The notes under the pieces are model-generated. The model did not search any database. It worked only from the letters and a program-made list of their open reading frames with translations, and was not told the DNA's origin. Positions 9,605 through 19,338 of a DNA stretch of 64,000 bases are shown one piece after another. The DNA lies in assembly GCA_964383925.1 (NCBI GenBank), contig CAYLIJ010000001.1, positions 40,581-104,580 on the forward strand. Reading direction: 5' to 3'. The position numbers were made by a program, and so were the translations under genes. This DNA comes from an uncultured Puniceicoccaceae bacterium. GTDB lineage: Bacteria > Verrucomicrobiota > Verrucomicrobiia > Opitutales > Seribacteraceae. The first letter of the stretch is position 1. Each line of letters opens with the position of its first letter.

Positions 9605-10057
9605 TTAATGAGTAGTTTGATTGAAAACAAATCGGGCACCGATTATGTCTGCAAGCTCCGATTCCTCTTTCTTTTCTTCTGTTTTAAGGTGTTCTTCTTT
9701 TTTCTTTTCCCTAAGCTTAAGGAGACTCTTACAATTTGTATCTGCTTGTAGATAAAGACTCCTTTTAGCTGATTCAATATTTTTGGAATCGGAAAGCTTT
9801 GAGTTGAAATCAATAATTTCTTCTTTTGAGCGAACAATCGATTGGTTAAAGGTTTCTTGCTCAAATCCTGAAAAGCCAATAGTTCTTTTAAGGTGAATCT
9901 CCTTATTCAACTCTTCTAGGTTGTTCACTGCACTTCTCAGATCAATTTCCGCTTTCTCTCGATTTGAAATCGCTAAAGCATAATCTTTGATAGCCTTATC
10001 CTTAGACATCTCACGTAGATGTAAGAGAGTCTCCAATCGAAAAGTAAATGCCTTCAT
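9605..10057 (-). CDS. fliJ: Flagellar export protein FliJ
   Basis: MKAFTFRLETLLHLRE N-terminus, coiled coil, ATGA overlap with fliI. Confidence 0.9.
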   Translation of the reverse strand: MKAFTFRLETLLHLREMSKDKAIKDYALAISNREKAEIDLRSAVNNLEELNKEIHLKRTIGFSGFEQETFNQSIVRSKEEIIDFNSKLSDSKNIESAKRSLYLQADTNCKSLLKLREKKKEEHLKTEEKKEESELADIIGARFVFNQTTH

Positions 10058-11379
10058 GATCTCAAAATTTCGGAGAGTTGATTAAAGGAAGATTCTCGAG
10101 TCGAGACTTGATCATAACTCTGCTTGAGAAAAGAATCAATTCTGTCAAATTTTTCGATCGCACGATCGATCTTAGAATTACTATTTTTTACATAGGCACC
10201 CACATTAATAAGATCTTCATTTTGTTTGTAAATTGAAAGCAAATCCCGTGCCTCTGAAATAATTTCAATCTCCGGTTTAGTGCAAACAGCACGGTCCAAA
10301 CGACTTACACTTTGCAAAACATCAACAGCAGGAAAATGGTTAGCGTTCGCAAGTCTTCGATTGAGCACAATATGCCCATCGAGAAAACCTCTTACCGCAT
10401 CTGCAACGGGTTCATTCATATCATCTCCCTCTACAAGAACAGTGTAAATCGCGGTAATTGCACCTGAATCACTAGTGCCAGTTCTTTCAAGCAACTTAGG
10501 AAGAAGAGAAAAAACTGAAGGAACATACCCACGAGATGCCGGAGGTTCTCCTGCAGCAAGTCCAATCTCACGCTGTGCCATTGCAAAACGCGTAAGCGAA
10601 TCCATTAGAAGTAAAACCTTGGAACCATCATTTCGAAATCCTTCTGCAATCGCTGTTGCCAAAATTGAGGCACGTATTCTCATTGGAGCAGGTTGATCAG
10701 AAGTAGAGACGACAATTACTGTTCTCTTCATTCCTTCTGGCCCAAGGTCTTTTTCGACGAACTCTCTTAATTCTCGGCCACGTTCTCCGACTAAAGAAAT
10801 AACATTGATATCAGAGTCTGAACCTCGTGCGATCATACCAAGAAGGATTGATTTACCTACCCCACTACCAGAAAATATTCCGACCCTCTGCCCTATCCCA
10901 AGGGGAATAAATGTATCAATTGATTTAATCCCAGTAGTAAAAGGTTCAGCGATCATTGAACGACTGAGTGGATTAGGTGGTTCGGCGTAAAAACCTTCTC
11001 GACGGGCAGAAAGAAGAGGCCCCTTTCCATCAATAGGTCTTCCCATACCATCAATAATTCTACCAAGTAAAACAGCACCACAAGGTACGAAGTTGTTGTT
11101 ACGCTGCGAAGAAACCTTACAACCTGGATGAATGAGATGAACACTTTCCAATGCCATCAAAAGAACAAAATTATCTCTAAAACCAACAACTTGAGCTTCA
11201 ATTTTTTCTTTGTGCCTGTCCGAGACAATTGAACAAACTTGACCGATGCTAACCTCGGGGCCTTCTGATTCAATAATTAAGCCCGTCACTCTACGTACAG
11301 TTCCTACTTTGTCGTGAGTCCTTACTCCCTTTATTCCGTCCTCCATAAAGGCAAACCTCTCATCCAAAGACTCAATCAT
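10054..11379 (-). CDS. fliI: Flagellar export ATPase FliI
   Basis: Walker A GSGVGKS, GERGRE, LLLMDSLTRFAMAQRE, DGHIVL. Confidence 0.97.
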   Translation of the reverse strand: MIESLDERFAFMEDGIKGVRTHDKVGTVRRVTGLIIESEGPEVSIGQVCSIVSDRHKEKIEAQVVGFRDNFVLLMALESVHLIHPGCKVSSQRNNNFVPCGAVLLGRIIDGMGRPIDGKGPLLSARREGFYAEPPNPLSRSMIAEPFTTGIKSIDTFIPLGIGQRVGIFSGSGVGKSILLGMIARGSDSDINVISLVGERGRELREFVEKDLGPEGMKRTVIVVSTSDQPAPMRIRASILATAIAEGFRNDGSKVLLLMDSLTRFAMAQREIGLAAGEPPASRGYVPSVFSLLPKLLERTGTSDSGAITAIYTVLVEGDDMNEPVADAVRGFLDGHIVLNRRLANANHFPAVDVLQSVSRLDRAVCTKPEIEIISEARDLLSIYKQNEDLINVGAYVKNSNSKIDRAIEKFDRIDSFLKQSYDQVSTRESSFNQLSEILRS

Positions 11380-12049
11380 TGCGTTTAAGTTCTTCCTCTA
11401 TTTTCCTTAATTTTGTAGAAACTCGACCGTCTAAGAGACCAAAGCGACTCTTTATTTGACAATCTCCAGTTTGCAAAGAGGAATCTTCAAAAAATTTCAC
11501 ATTGGGATACCCTTCCAAAAGTGAATCATCTCCATCCAAACCATCAAAGATTCCCGCAATTGCAGAAGCAAAACCTGCTTCCTCTTCTTTCTCGTCTTCA
11601 ACTGCAGGCTTTTCTGGATCTGCCATTGCCTTTAACAGCGATAAATCTTGTGAACAAAGGTAAACCTCAAGCTTTTCATCTTCGCCGGAAAACTCTTTAA
11701 CCATACTTTTAACAATTTCTTCAATCGCGTCACGATCCAATGTAATTTGCCCAAGTACACGTTCCGCAAGTCCAATAACCAAATCGGGCAATTTGTGATC
11801 GAGTTTAGCCAAAACCTCGATAGTTTTACTATCAATATTCGCAAGCAACTTCGACTGACTATCTGCGTAATTAGTCCTCAACTTAGCAATCTCAGCTTGG
11901 TAAAAAGCAGTTGCCTCTTCTTTACCTCTATTATACTCGGCCAACGCTTGCTCGTTCGACTGCTCAACCGCAATTGGAGGTACTCCAATATGATTCACCT
12001 TGAAACCACTTAGTGGATTCGGAAAACGGATAGATCTACTGTACGACAA
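11372..12049 (-). CDS. fliH: Flagellar assembly protein FliH
   Basis: EYNRGKEEA repeat, GDCQIKSRFGLLDGRV C-terminus; probable TTG start at 12049 behind GGAGG, overlapping the fliG end (ORF track starts at 12106). Confidence 0.88.
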   Translation of the reverse strand: MSYSRSIRFPNPLSGFKVNHIGVPPIAVEQSNEQALAEYNRGKEEATAFYQAEIAKLRTNYADSQSKLLANIDSKTIEVLAKLDHKLPDLVIGLAERVLGQITLDRDAIEEIVKSMVKEFSGEDEKLEVYLCSQDLSLLKAMADPEKPAVEDEKEEEAGFASAIAGIFDGLDGDDSLLEGYPNVKFFEDSSLQTGDCQIKSRFGLLDGRVSTKLRKIEEELKRND

Positions 12050-13079
12050 CGTCGCTTCCTCCGGTATCAAGGATAATTTCCTCGTCCTCCTCGAGTTCAC
12101 GTACAATTTGTATCACTCGATCTTGAGCAGACTCAACTTCTGATAATCTTTTGGGACCAAGAAAACCAAGTTGTTCCTCCAATGCTTCGACCGCTCGTTT
12201 TGACATAGTCGAATAAATTATTTTCTTAAGCTCGGGGGACGCATTCTTGAGTGCGACCACTAAATCGTCTTGGTCTACTTCTTTGGTAATCTTGCTAACA
12301 TCGCCAGGACTCAATCTTACCAAGTCCTCAAAACGGAACATTCTTTGTCGAATCGAACCACCAAGTTTGGGGTTTCTCTTTTCAATACTTTTTAGCAACT
12401 CTTTACCTTCTTCTTTATCAAACCAATTAAGTAAATCAGCAGCAGATTTAACTCCACCTGTTTTAACTCGGGGAGATTGCCCCTTCTTACCCATTCTTGC
12501 ACCTAAAGTATTTGCAACAACCTCGATTTGATCGATTGGAGTTGTCTCCATAGAACCAACTCTTTCAACCACTTGTTCTTGCACATTGGGTGGCATCATT
12601 TGAAGGACTTCTGAGCCTTTATCAGCATCAACATTCGCAAGAACGAAAGCTATAGTTTGTGGCTGCTCTAAACGAAGGACATTGTAAATTTGGCCGGAGT
12701 CCATCTCTTTAATATCGTCCATAAAATCAAGAGAATCTCTAACTGGAGCAATTCGGTTCATCATATTATTTGCCTTGTAATCTCCATGAGCAAGTTCCAA
12801 AGTTTTTTGGGCAAATGTCAGTCCACCAAGATTAGAATTAACACTAGATTCTATAATCTCGGAAAATTCATCTAGTACACAATCCTTGAGTTCTTGGTCT
12901 ACAATCGGAAAATTCCCGATCTCTTTACAAATTCCTTCTGAATCTTTCGCATCAAAGCGTTTAAGAAGCGTTGCGGATGCTTCGGGTCCGAGGGCAATCA
13001 TAAGAAGACCTAACTTCGAATGCCGAGACATACGGGAATATCTATCGTATACGGAATCTTCTTCAGTTACTTCTTCCAT
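12036..13079 (-). CDS. fliG: Flagellar rotor protein FliG
   Basis: EQPQTIA, GGVKSAA, MFRFEDL, MSKRA...GPKRLSEVESAQ. Confidence 0.96.
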   Translation of the reverse strand: MEEVTEEDSVYDRYSRMSRHSKLGLLMIALGPEASATLLKRFDAKDSEGICKEIGNFPIVDQELKDCVLDEFSEIIESSVNSNLGGLTFAQKTLELAHGDYKANNMMNRIAPVRDSLDFMDDIKEMDSGQIYNVLRLEQPQTIAFVLANVDADKGSEVLQMMPPNVQEQVVERVGSMETTPIDQIEVVANTLGARMGKKGQSPRVKTGGVKSAADLLNWFDKEEGKELLKSIEKRNPKLGGSIRQRMFRFEDLVRLSPGDVSKITKEVDQDDLVVALKNASPELKKIIYSTMSKRAVEALEEQLGFLGPKRLSEVESAQDRVIQIVRELEEDEEIILDTGGSDVVVQ

Positions 13080-13097
13080 CGCACTAGTATTATATCA

Positions 13098-14687
13098 TTA
13101 AGACGAGGAACCTGTTTCTAAATAACGCCTCAAGGCAGTTCCTACATTATCAGGCTTTTCCTGAATTAGGTCGTTAAGCAACTCAGGTGTTAATCCACTA
13201 CCTAAGCTTCTTGTACCCGCGAGTAATTGTTGGTCATCCTCATCAAGCACTTGAACTTCGGCATCATTTGGCTTGAATTTTTTGAGCATTCTTAAGAATA
13301 CAATAAACATAGTAACAGCGAGAATAACTCCAACTAAAGTTTTTACATGAGAACCATATTTATTAATAAACCCTTCAAGCTTATCTGTTGCTTCACCACC
13401 AAACCCACCCATCGAGGAGTCTTGAAAAACTACTTCATTGATAGAAACATGAGTAAGCAAAGCACCTTCCACAACCAGCTTACCGCTCTCGTCAAGGTTG
13501 AAACGAGCACCAACTGCATTAATAACCGCTTCTCTAATTACATTTATATCTTCAGGCGTTCGGGCACTTTCGCCTTTTTTAATAAGGACTGCAACGCTTC
13601 GACTGATAATTGAACCAGGTTCTCGAACTGTTTCCTTAAGATTTCGACTGATTTCATAATCTGTCGTTTTAGATTCTCTAGTTTCATCACTCTTTGCCAT
13701 GATGGGATCCTGCTGGGTAGCATCCTGGCTCACATTAGGTACATTTGCTCCCATGCCAGTAGCATTATTCTGAGGTTGAGTTTCGACTGTTTGTGCCTGA
13801 TCTTTATCTGTTGTCTGAGTGCGAGGGACAGAACCATCAGGATCGAATTTCTCATCTAACTCAGTCATGGATTTTGTTTCCAAATTAACAGAAACTCTGG
13901 CGATAACATTCTCTCTACCCACGGTTTTAGCAAGCATAGTTTCAATTTTTGTTTCAAGCCGGCGCTCCTGTGCTTCGTAAGCTTTCATCATTTGACCAGC
14001 GATACCGGCAGCACCGCTACTTTCCCCTTGTTCAGAAAGAAGGTTTCCTTGATTATCCATAACAGCAACATTGGATTTATTAATTCCCTTATTGGCATTT
14101 GAAACAAGAAATTGTATGGCGTTAACATTCGATTTATCCAATGTATTTCCACCAGTGTCAACATATACGGAGGCACTTGGTCGGTCATTTGGATCTTCAC
14201 TTAGTAACAGATTATTTTCAGGCTTAACTATAAAAACCTTTGCTGATTTAACAGCGTCCATCATGGCTATTGTTCGCCCCAGCTCCCCCTGTATCGCTCG
14301 AGTATGATTAGTTCTTTGGACAAAATCACTGATACCAAAATTTCCTTCGTCAAAAATTTCAAACCCGACCTCTCCACTTCTGGGAAGACCCTTCATCGCA
14401 AGTTCCATTCTCATTGCCGCACGTTTATCTTCGGGTACTAAAATCGTATCACCACTTTCACTATATTCAAATTCGACTTGATTTGTCCTGAGCACATCCA
14501 CCACAGAACTAAGATCTTTTGCTTCAGACCCACTTACCAAGACTCGCATTGAAGTACTTCCGCCTGACCAAGTAAGGATACCAACACTTAAAATCAAAAT
14601 TCCTCCTATTGCAACGATTAGGGTTAGTTTTCTGCTCGAGGGTAAGCCGTTCCAAACCTCGGCTAGCTTGTCAAATCTTTCTTTCAT
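13098..14687 (-). CDS. fliF: Flagellar MS-ring protein FliF
   Basis: Two TM helices, GFEIFD, RAIQGELGRTI, PSASV. Confidence 0.96.
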   Translation of the reverse strand: MKERFDKLAEVWNGLPSSRKLTLIVAIGGILILSVGILTWSGGSTSMRVLVSGSEAKDLSSVVDVLRTNQVEFEYSESGDTILVPEDKRAAMRMELAMKGLPRSGEVGFEIFDEGNFGISDFVQRTNHTRAIQGELGRTIAMMDAVKSAKVFIVKPENNLLLSEDPNDRPSASVYVDTGGNTLDKSNVNAIQFLVSNANKGINKSNVAVMDNQGNLLSEQGESSGAAGIAGQMMKAYEAQERRLETKIETMLAKTVGRENVIARVSVNLETKSMTELDEKFDPDGSVPRTQTTDKDQAQTVETQPQNNATGMGANVPNVSQDATQQDPIMAKSDETRESKTTDYEISRNLKETVREPGSIISRSVAVLIKKGESARTPEDINVIREAVINAVGARFNLDESGKLVVEGALLTHVSINEVVFQDSSMGGFGGEATDKLEGFINKYGSHVKTLVGVILAVTMFIVFLRMLKKFKPNDAEVQVLDEDDQQLLAGTRSLGSGLTPELLNDLIQEKPDNVGTALRRYLETGSSS

Positions 14688-14711
14688 GTAAAAAAATATT
14701 AATCAATAAAA

Positions 14712-15128
14712 CTATACCTGCATCCTCATTAACTCTTTGTAAGACTCAACAAGTTTGTTTCGGACTTCAACCATCAAATTAAAAGCTACCCCTGCTTCCT
14801 GCGATTTAACAACTGCTTCATGAATATTGTCGGATCTACCGAGAATCAAGTCTTGGGTTTCACGCGCTGATATCTTTTTCTTTTGATCTACTCCTTTGAT
14901 AAAATTCTCAAACATCTGAGAAAAACCTGGTGCGGTAACTCGATCAGTGGGTGAAGTTTTGTCGATTGGCACAAAATCAACCGCATTCGTCTGTTGTGAT
15001 TGATTGGCACCAAAACCCTGCCCCATTTCACTGGATTTAGCAAAGCGATCGAGTTGCTTATTCGCTTGAAGATTAGAGTTTTGTGTAAGCAGGTCGCTTA
15101 GACTAGGAAGTGATGATATTTCGTTCAC
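14712..15128 (-). CDS. fliE: Hook-basal body protein FliE
   Basis: C-terminal EVRNKLVESYKELMRMQV. Confidence 0.95.
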   Translation of the reverse strand: MNEISSLPSLSDLLTQNSNLQANKQLDRFAKSSEMGQGFGANQSQQTNAVDFVPIDKTSPTDRVTAPGFSQMFENFIKGVDQKKKISARETQDLILGRSDNIHEAVVKSQEAGVAFNLMVEVRNKLVESYKELMRMQV

Positions 15129-15136
15129 AATTTAAA

Positions 15137-15577
15137 TTACCTTCCGATTGCAATCGCTTGTTGGGCTAAACGACGAGAAGTTTTTACTACAGTTAAGTTG
15201 GCCTCATAGGCACGAGATGCACTGATCAAATCAATCATTTCTCGGGAAACATCCACATTAGGCATTTCAACCATGCCGTCTTCATTCGCATGAGGGTGGC
15301 CTGGTTTAAAAATCATTCGACCTGGTGTATTATCGTCAAATACATCAGTCACACGAACTCCCTGATATAAATTCTCATCCACATAACCAGGAGTTCTTCG
15401 CTCTGGAGTTTTAATAAATTCTTCAAAAGAAACTTCTTTTCTTTTGTAAACATTGCCCGAAGCATCCTGCGTCGTATTGGAGTTTGCGATGTTTTGCGCG
15501 ATGATTTCAAGTCGAATTTTCTCAGCAGATAATGCACTGCCGGTCGATTCAATTCCTGGTATAAGGTTCATGGTCAT
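15137..15577 (-). CDS. flgC: Rod protein FlgC
   Basis: AQNIANSNTT, YKRK, PGHPHA, MPNVD, ASRAYEAN. Confidence 0.96.
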   Translation of the reverse strand: MTMNLIPGIESTGSALSAEKIRLEIIAQNIANSNTTQDASGNVYKRKEVSFEEFIKTPERRTPGYVDENLYQGVRVTDVFDDNTPGRMIFKPGHPHANEDGMVEMPNVDVSREMIDLISASRAYEANLTVVKTSRRLAQQAIAIGR

Positions 15578-15589
15578 AACTTAAAATTC

Positions 15590-15979
15590 TTAGACTCGTC
15601 CCCGAATTGCTTTGTTTAACTCTTTAATTGATCCACCGACTGCGCCAGTGAGATATTCGTAATTCAAGGCATTACGATTCATTGCAAGCATCTCTTCGTC
15701 AATCTGTACTGTATTTCCATCCATACGCACAGGTTTTGCCTGACGATCTTCAACACTCCTCGGTAAAAGGCCTTTAACTCTTCGGAAATCACTACGATCC
15801 ACTGCTCTTCGTAACTCGACAGAAAAAGTCTTCGGTAAATCTCTTCTTTTAAAACCGGGTGTCTCAACATTGGCAATATTGTTGGATAGTGCTTCATGAC
15901 GCAAATGAGTTGCATCAAGGAGTTTCTTGGAAATTAAATAATTTTCCTGACTGTATAAATTATCAAGTACGACTGCCAT
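15590..15979 (-). CDS. flgB: Rod protein FlgB
   Basis: SNNIANVETPGFKRRD, DGNTVQIDEEM; start moved to ATG 15979 because the longer ORF runs through the sigma-54 promoter. Confidence 0.94.
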   Translation of the reverse strand: MAVVLDNLYSQENYLISKKLLDATHLRHEALSNNIANVETPGFKRRDLPKTFSVELRRAVDRSDFRRVKGLLPRSVEDRQAKPVRMDGNTVQIDEEMLAMNRNALNYEYLTGAVGGSIKELNKAIRGRV

Positions 15980-15992
15980 GTTGCACACACAA

Positions 15993-16009
15993 TGCAATAC
16001 TTGTGCCAA
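15993..16009 (-). promoter_or_regulatory. Sigma-54 (-24/-12) promoter of the flgB operon
   Basis: TTGGCACAAGTATTGCA matches TGGCAC-N5-TTGCA exactly, immediately upstream of flgB. Confidence 0.85.
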
Positions 16010-16194
16010 AAAGTCTTTAGATACAAAACAACTACTCTTATACTTTAAATACGACGAATAGTGAAACATTTAACCTAGAGGTTCAATTTGAATATAGCAT
16101 TTTTTTCCCAGGTAGGAATAAATTTCTTATTTTGAAAATTATACAAGGTTCTCTCTTTTCATAACATCGAAATTAATATTATATAAATTTCGCA

Positions 16195-17775
16195 GTGAAA
16201 TCACCTAATTTTGAAAATTGTCAAGTTGGACTAACCAGAGACGGAAAAATTGAAAAAGTTTCGGATGCTTTTGCGTCCTGGGTGGGTAAAGCATCCAAAG
16301 ATTTAATTGGAGAGAACTTCCGCCCTTTCTTTCTCTCACTGGAAAGAAGCTGGGGGATTCTTTTACCCAAAGACTTTTTCCGAAAAGATTTCGAATGCTT
16401 TTTTCCACTTTCTCCTGAAAGCCACCGTTCTTCCATCGGTATTCATTTTCAAAATATCACTTACACCAGTAATACGGTAATTTCTCTTTCCCCTGCCCTC
16501 GCCCCCCACGATTCTTTAAAAAAAGCATTCATGGGCGATTTAATGAACGACCCACGAGCGTTGGCAAACACTTTAATAAGACTCCAAAAGGCAGAAAGTC
16601 GCTTATCTGATTATATAAGTAATTTCCCCGGGATTTTCTTCACCCAAAGGCCCGATATGACATTCAGTTATCTATCCCGCGGAATCAAAAGGATATTTCC
16701 AACGGAACATTCTGAACTAGCACGCAATGGAGGTTTATTTTTAAGTAAAATTTTTGAAAAAGATCGAGAGCACTTTCACAAAGAATTAAATACAAATGGT
16801 AAAAATCCAGAAACTTTTAGTTTTACATACCGAATCTCGATCCCGCCAAGCGGACAAATTATTTATTTACTTGATGTTCGTACCCCAATAATTACTGCGT
16901 CCAAGAAACTTCTTGGTTATGATGGTGTATTTGTGGATATAACAAGACAAGCCATTGCCGAGCACAGATTATCAAACTCAGTATGGCGGGAAGGCCTGGC
17001 CACTCTAACCAATGGATTAGTTCACGACTTTAGCAATCTGATGGCCGGAATTTATTCGATTAGCGAACTTTATCACGGAATGATGGAAAATGATGACCCT
17101 ATGGCAAAAGGAATGGGGCAGATCAAAAAAAGTGCGATGCAGGCACAGAAATTAGTTCGCAGGATTATCGACCTGCATCGAGAAAAAGCGGCCTCTCGTA
17201 CAATTCACGATCTTAGATTGCTACTCAAAGACCAAATGGATCTAGTTGATATCATAATACCAAGAAGTGCAAAAATAACCACGGATTTTGGTACCCAAAC
17301 CATGCCTGCATTTATTGAAGAAACTGGATTCAGGCAGGTCATTCTTAATTTAGTGATTAATGCAAGAGATGCAATTGATCGAACAGGCAAAATTAAACTC
17401 TCCTTAAAGAAAGTTAAGAAAGGCCAATTAATAATGAAAGGCGCGGAGGGAGAGAAAAAAATTGCTCCATCAGAAGGTGCAGAACTAGCTCTAAGTGATA
17501 ATGGTAAAGGGATTCCTCCAGAACTTGAAGAAAATTTATTCGATCCCTTTATTACCTCAAAGCCATCAGGTAGTGGTTCAGGATTCGGCCTATACAATAC
17601 CAAAATTTTCATCGAGGATCATAATGGTTTGATTGGATTTTCAACTATGGAAGGAAAAGGGACTACTTTTTACCTTTTTATTCCTCTCGAGACAGACGAT
17701 GAGGATACACCTTCAAAAAATGTTAAACGTGCTAAAAGAGCCACTCGAGCATTTATTAAAACGAGAAAAAAATAA
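16195..17775 (+). CDS. Soluble PAS-domain sensor histidine kinase
   Basis: PAS/PAC (FPGIFF...YDGVFVDIT), H-box HDFSNL, N-box NLVINARDA, DNGKGI, FDPFITSK, GSGFGL; no TM segment or receiver domain evident. Confidence 0.92.
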   Translation: MKSPNFENCQVGLTRDGKIEKVSDAFASWVGKASKDLIGENFRPFFLSLERSWGILLPKDFFRKDFECFFPLSPESHRSSIGIHFQNITYTSNTVISLSPALAPHDSLKKAFMGDLMNDPRALANTLIRLQKAESRLSDYISNFPGIFFTQRPDMTFSYLSRGIKRIFPTEHSELARNGGLFLSKIFEKDREHFHKELNTNGKNPETFSFTYRISIPPSGQIIYLLDVRTPIITASKKLLGYDGVFVDITRQAIAEHRLSNSVWREGLATLTNGLVHDFSNLMAGIYSISELYHGMMENDDPMAKGMGQIKKSAMQAQKLVRRIIDLHREKAASRTIHDLRLLLKDQMDLVDIIIPRSAKITTDFGTQTMPAFIEETGFRQVILNLVINARDAIDRTGKIKLSLKKVKKGQLIMKGAEGEKKIAPSEGAELALSDNGKGIPPELEENLFDPFITSKPSGSGSGFGLYNTKIFIEDHNGLIGFSTMEGKGTTFYLFIPLETDDEDTPSKNVKRAKRATRAFIKTRKK

Positions 17776-17794
17776 TTTTTTTACTTCCAGTAGG

Positions 17795-18208
17795 TTAATC
17801 AATTAGTAGTCCATCGTCATAGCGGAGTACAGATCGCTTTTTTCCATTTTTCCCAAAGAATATCATCTCTCCATGAAGTTGCCCGTTCTTATAATTGGCT
17901 TCCACCCACGAACCATCTTTTGATGTCTTAATACTCACACCGTTCAAACTACCGTCTTCAAAAGTTTGAACCGTGTTCAGCTTTGTTCCATTTCTTTCTA
18001 ACTTTCCGGCAAATGGAACTTCGCTTTCTCGGTGCAAGAGGAGAGTTTTATCCTCACCAGGCTTAACCAAAAATTCCTTTTTAAAGTCTTCCTCCTGCCC
18101 CCTCCATTCGGTGGGCGCTTCCAGTAGTTCTTCATTTTTATCCTCCCCGCAGGAAACTAACATGCACAAGAAGATTAATTGAAAGAATCTGGAAAGGGTT
18201 TCCATCAA
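17795..18208 (-). CDS. MORN-variant repeat lipoprotein
   Basis: Lipobox LVSC, PFAGK, repeats YKNGQLHG / FEDGSLNG. Confidence 0.75.
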   Translation of the reverse strand: MMETLSRFFQLIFLCMLVSCGEDKNEELLEAPTEWRGQEEDFKKEFLVKPGEDKTLLLHRESEVPFAGKLERNGTKLNTVQTFEDGSLNGVSIKTSKDGSWVEANYKNGQLHGEMIFFGKNGKKRSVLRYDDGLLID

Positions 18209-18783
18209 TTTTTTAAATAATCTGAAAATTCATAAAGTTCGGGATCACGAAACATCTTTTTCTTCATCAACTTAGCCAAACGCGACTTAATCGATTCTTT
18301 GGATACTTCCTCTCCTCCCTCTGGAGCTCCCCCCGGTTCTTCATCACCGAGAAAATCTCCCATTCGATCCTCCAACTCGTCCGGATCGGCTCCCTCTTCT
18401 AGTTTACGAACGACCTCCTCCATCGGTTCATCCATGGACTCACCTGTCATCTCACACATTTTACGCATCAATTGCCCCATCTGCTTAGGGTCGGGGTTAT
18501 CCTCATCCATACCTCCCATTGCACCCTCTAATTCTTTCATCACCTTTTCCGCCTGAGCTCCTTCCATACCTGCAAATGGATCATTAGGATCTTCCGTACT
18601 GCTTTCGGGCATTGCAGGTGGCTCTTCTTTCTTCCCGGTAATGGAGAATCCGGACATCACTTTTTCCATTTTATACTTCTTACCATCAGGACAGAAGGGC
18701 ATTTTTTCAGCATAGGAAGGAGAGTGGGCAAAAAACGAATATATTTTACCCGTATCTCGACTCATAAATTCGTAGATTGGCAT
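18205..18783 (-). CDS. FmdB-family zinc-ribbon-like protein with acidic C-terminal domain
   Basis: MPIYEF start, CPDG...KVMSGF; most ribbon cysteines absent. Confidence 0.7.
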   Translation of the reverse strand: MPIYEFMSRDTGKIYSFFAHSPSYAEKMPFCPDGKKYKMEKVMSGFSITGKKEEPPAMPESSTEDPNDPFAGMEGAQAEKVMKELEGAMGGMDEDNPDPKQMGQLMRKMCEMTGESMDEPMEEVVRKLEEGADPDELEDRMGDFLGDEEPGGAPEGGEEVSKESIKSRLAKLMKKKMFRDPELYEFSDYLKN

Positions 18784-18868
18784 TTTAAATAAGTTCTAGT
18801 AACAAAGGAATGACATTATTTTATTATTGGCATAAAAAATTCCCCCAGGCAATCTTTTCAAATTTCTG

Positions 18869-19327
18869 ATGAATTCTTTTTTTATATTTTGGAGCACACG
18901 ACCAATCGAAAAAAACTGGTTCCTGCTCCCCCTTGGCTACACGCTTTTTTTACAAATCCTTACCGGATTTCCAAAACCGGATAGTCTCAAAGATTTAGAT
19001 GCAAATGAATTATTTGTACGATTTTCAGAGGAACTATTTGATTATCCATTTTGGCTACAAGATCTGAGTCATTTACCCCTCTTCTTTGTCCTTGCCTGGC
19101 TTTGGTCGTGGCAACTGGGTTCGATTCTTAAATTCTCGGCGATTCTAAAAAATAAAGCTTTTCTCTTCTCTACATTTTACGGATGCGCCAACGAAATGGC
19201 ACAAACCTTTATCCCAGACCGATTTCCATCTTTAGGAGATTTAATTATGAATCTGGCTGGAGTTTTTCTCGGTTTATTTCTTCACTCACTGCTTTGTCGC
19301 AGGAATAAAGTCCAAGCCCTCGTCTAA
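18869..19327 (+). CDS. VanZ-like membrane protein
   Basis: HLPLFFVL, YGCANEMAQTFIPDRFPSLGDLIMNLAG. Confidence 0.85.
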   Translation: MNSFFIFWSTRPIEKNWFLLPLGYTLFLQILTGFPKPDSLKDLDANELFVRFSEELFDYPFWLQDLSHLPLFFVLAWLWSWQLGSILKFSAILKNKAFLFSTFYGCANEMAQTFIPDRFPSLGDLIMNLAGVFLGLFLHSLLCRRNKVQALV

Positions 19328-19338
19328 GAAGAGTCTGG

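Noticed and set aside
15980..16069. N-terminal extension of FlgB in the ORF track
   Set aside because: Runs through the sigma-54 promoter and has no FlgB-like character
1..16069. Non-flagellar type III secretion injectisome
   Set aside because: Rod (flgB, flgC), fliE, hook (flgD, flgE), fliL and fliG/M/N genes are flagellum-specific; no secretin or needle genes are present
17795..18208. Toxin-antitoxin (YwqK-like) call for the MORN-repeat proteins here and at 39279-39848
   Set aside because: Both are lipoprotein-like with generic MORN-variant repeats and have no recognisable adjacent toxin
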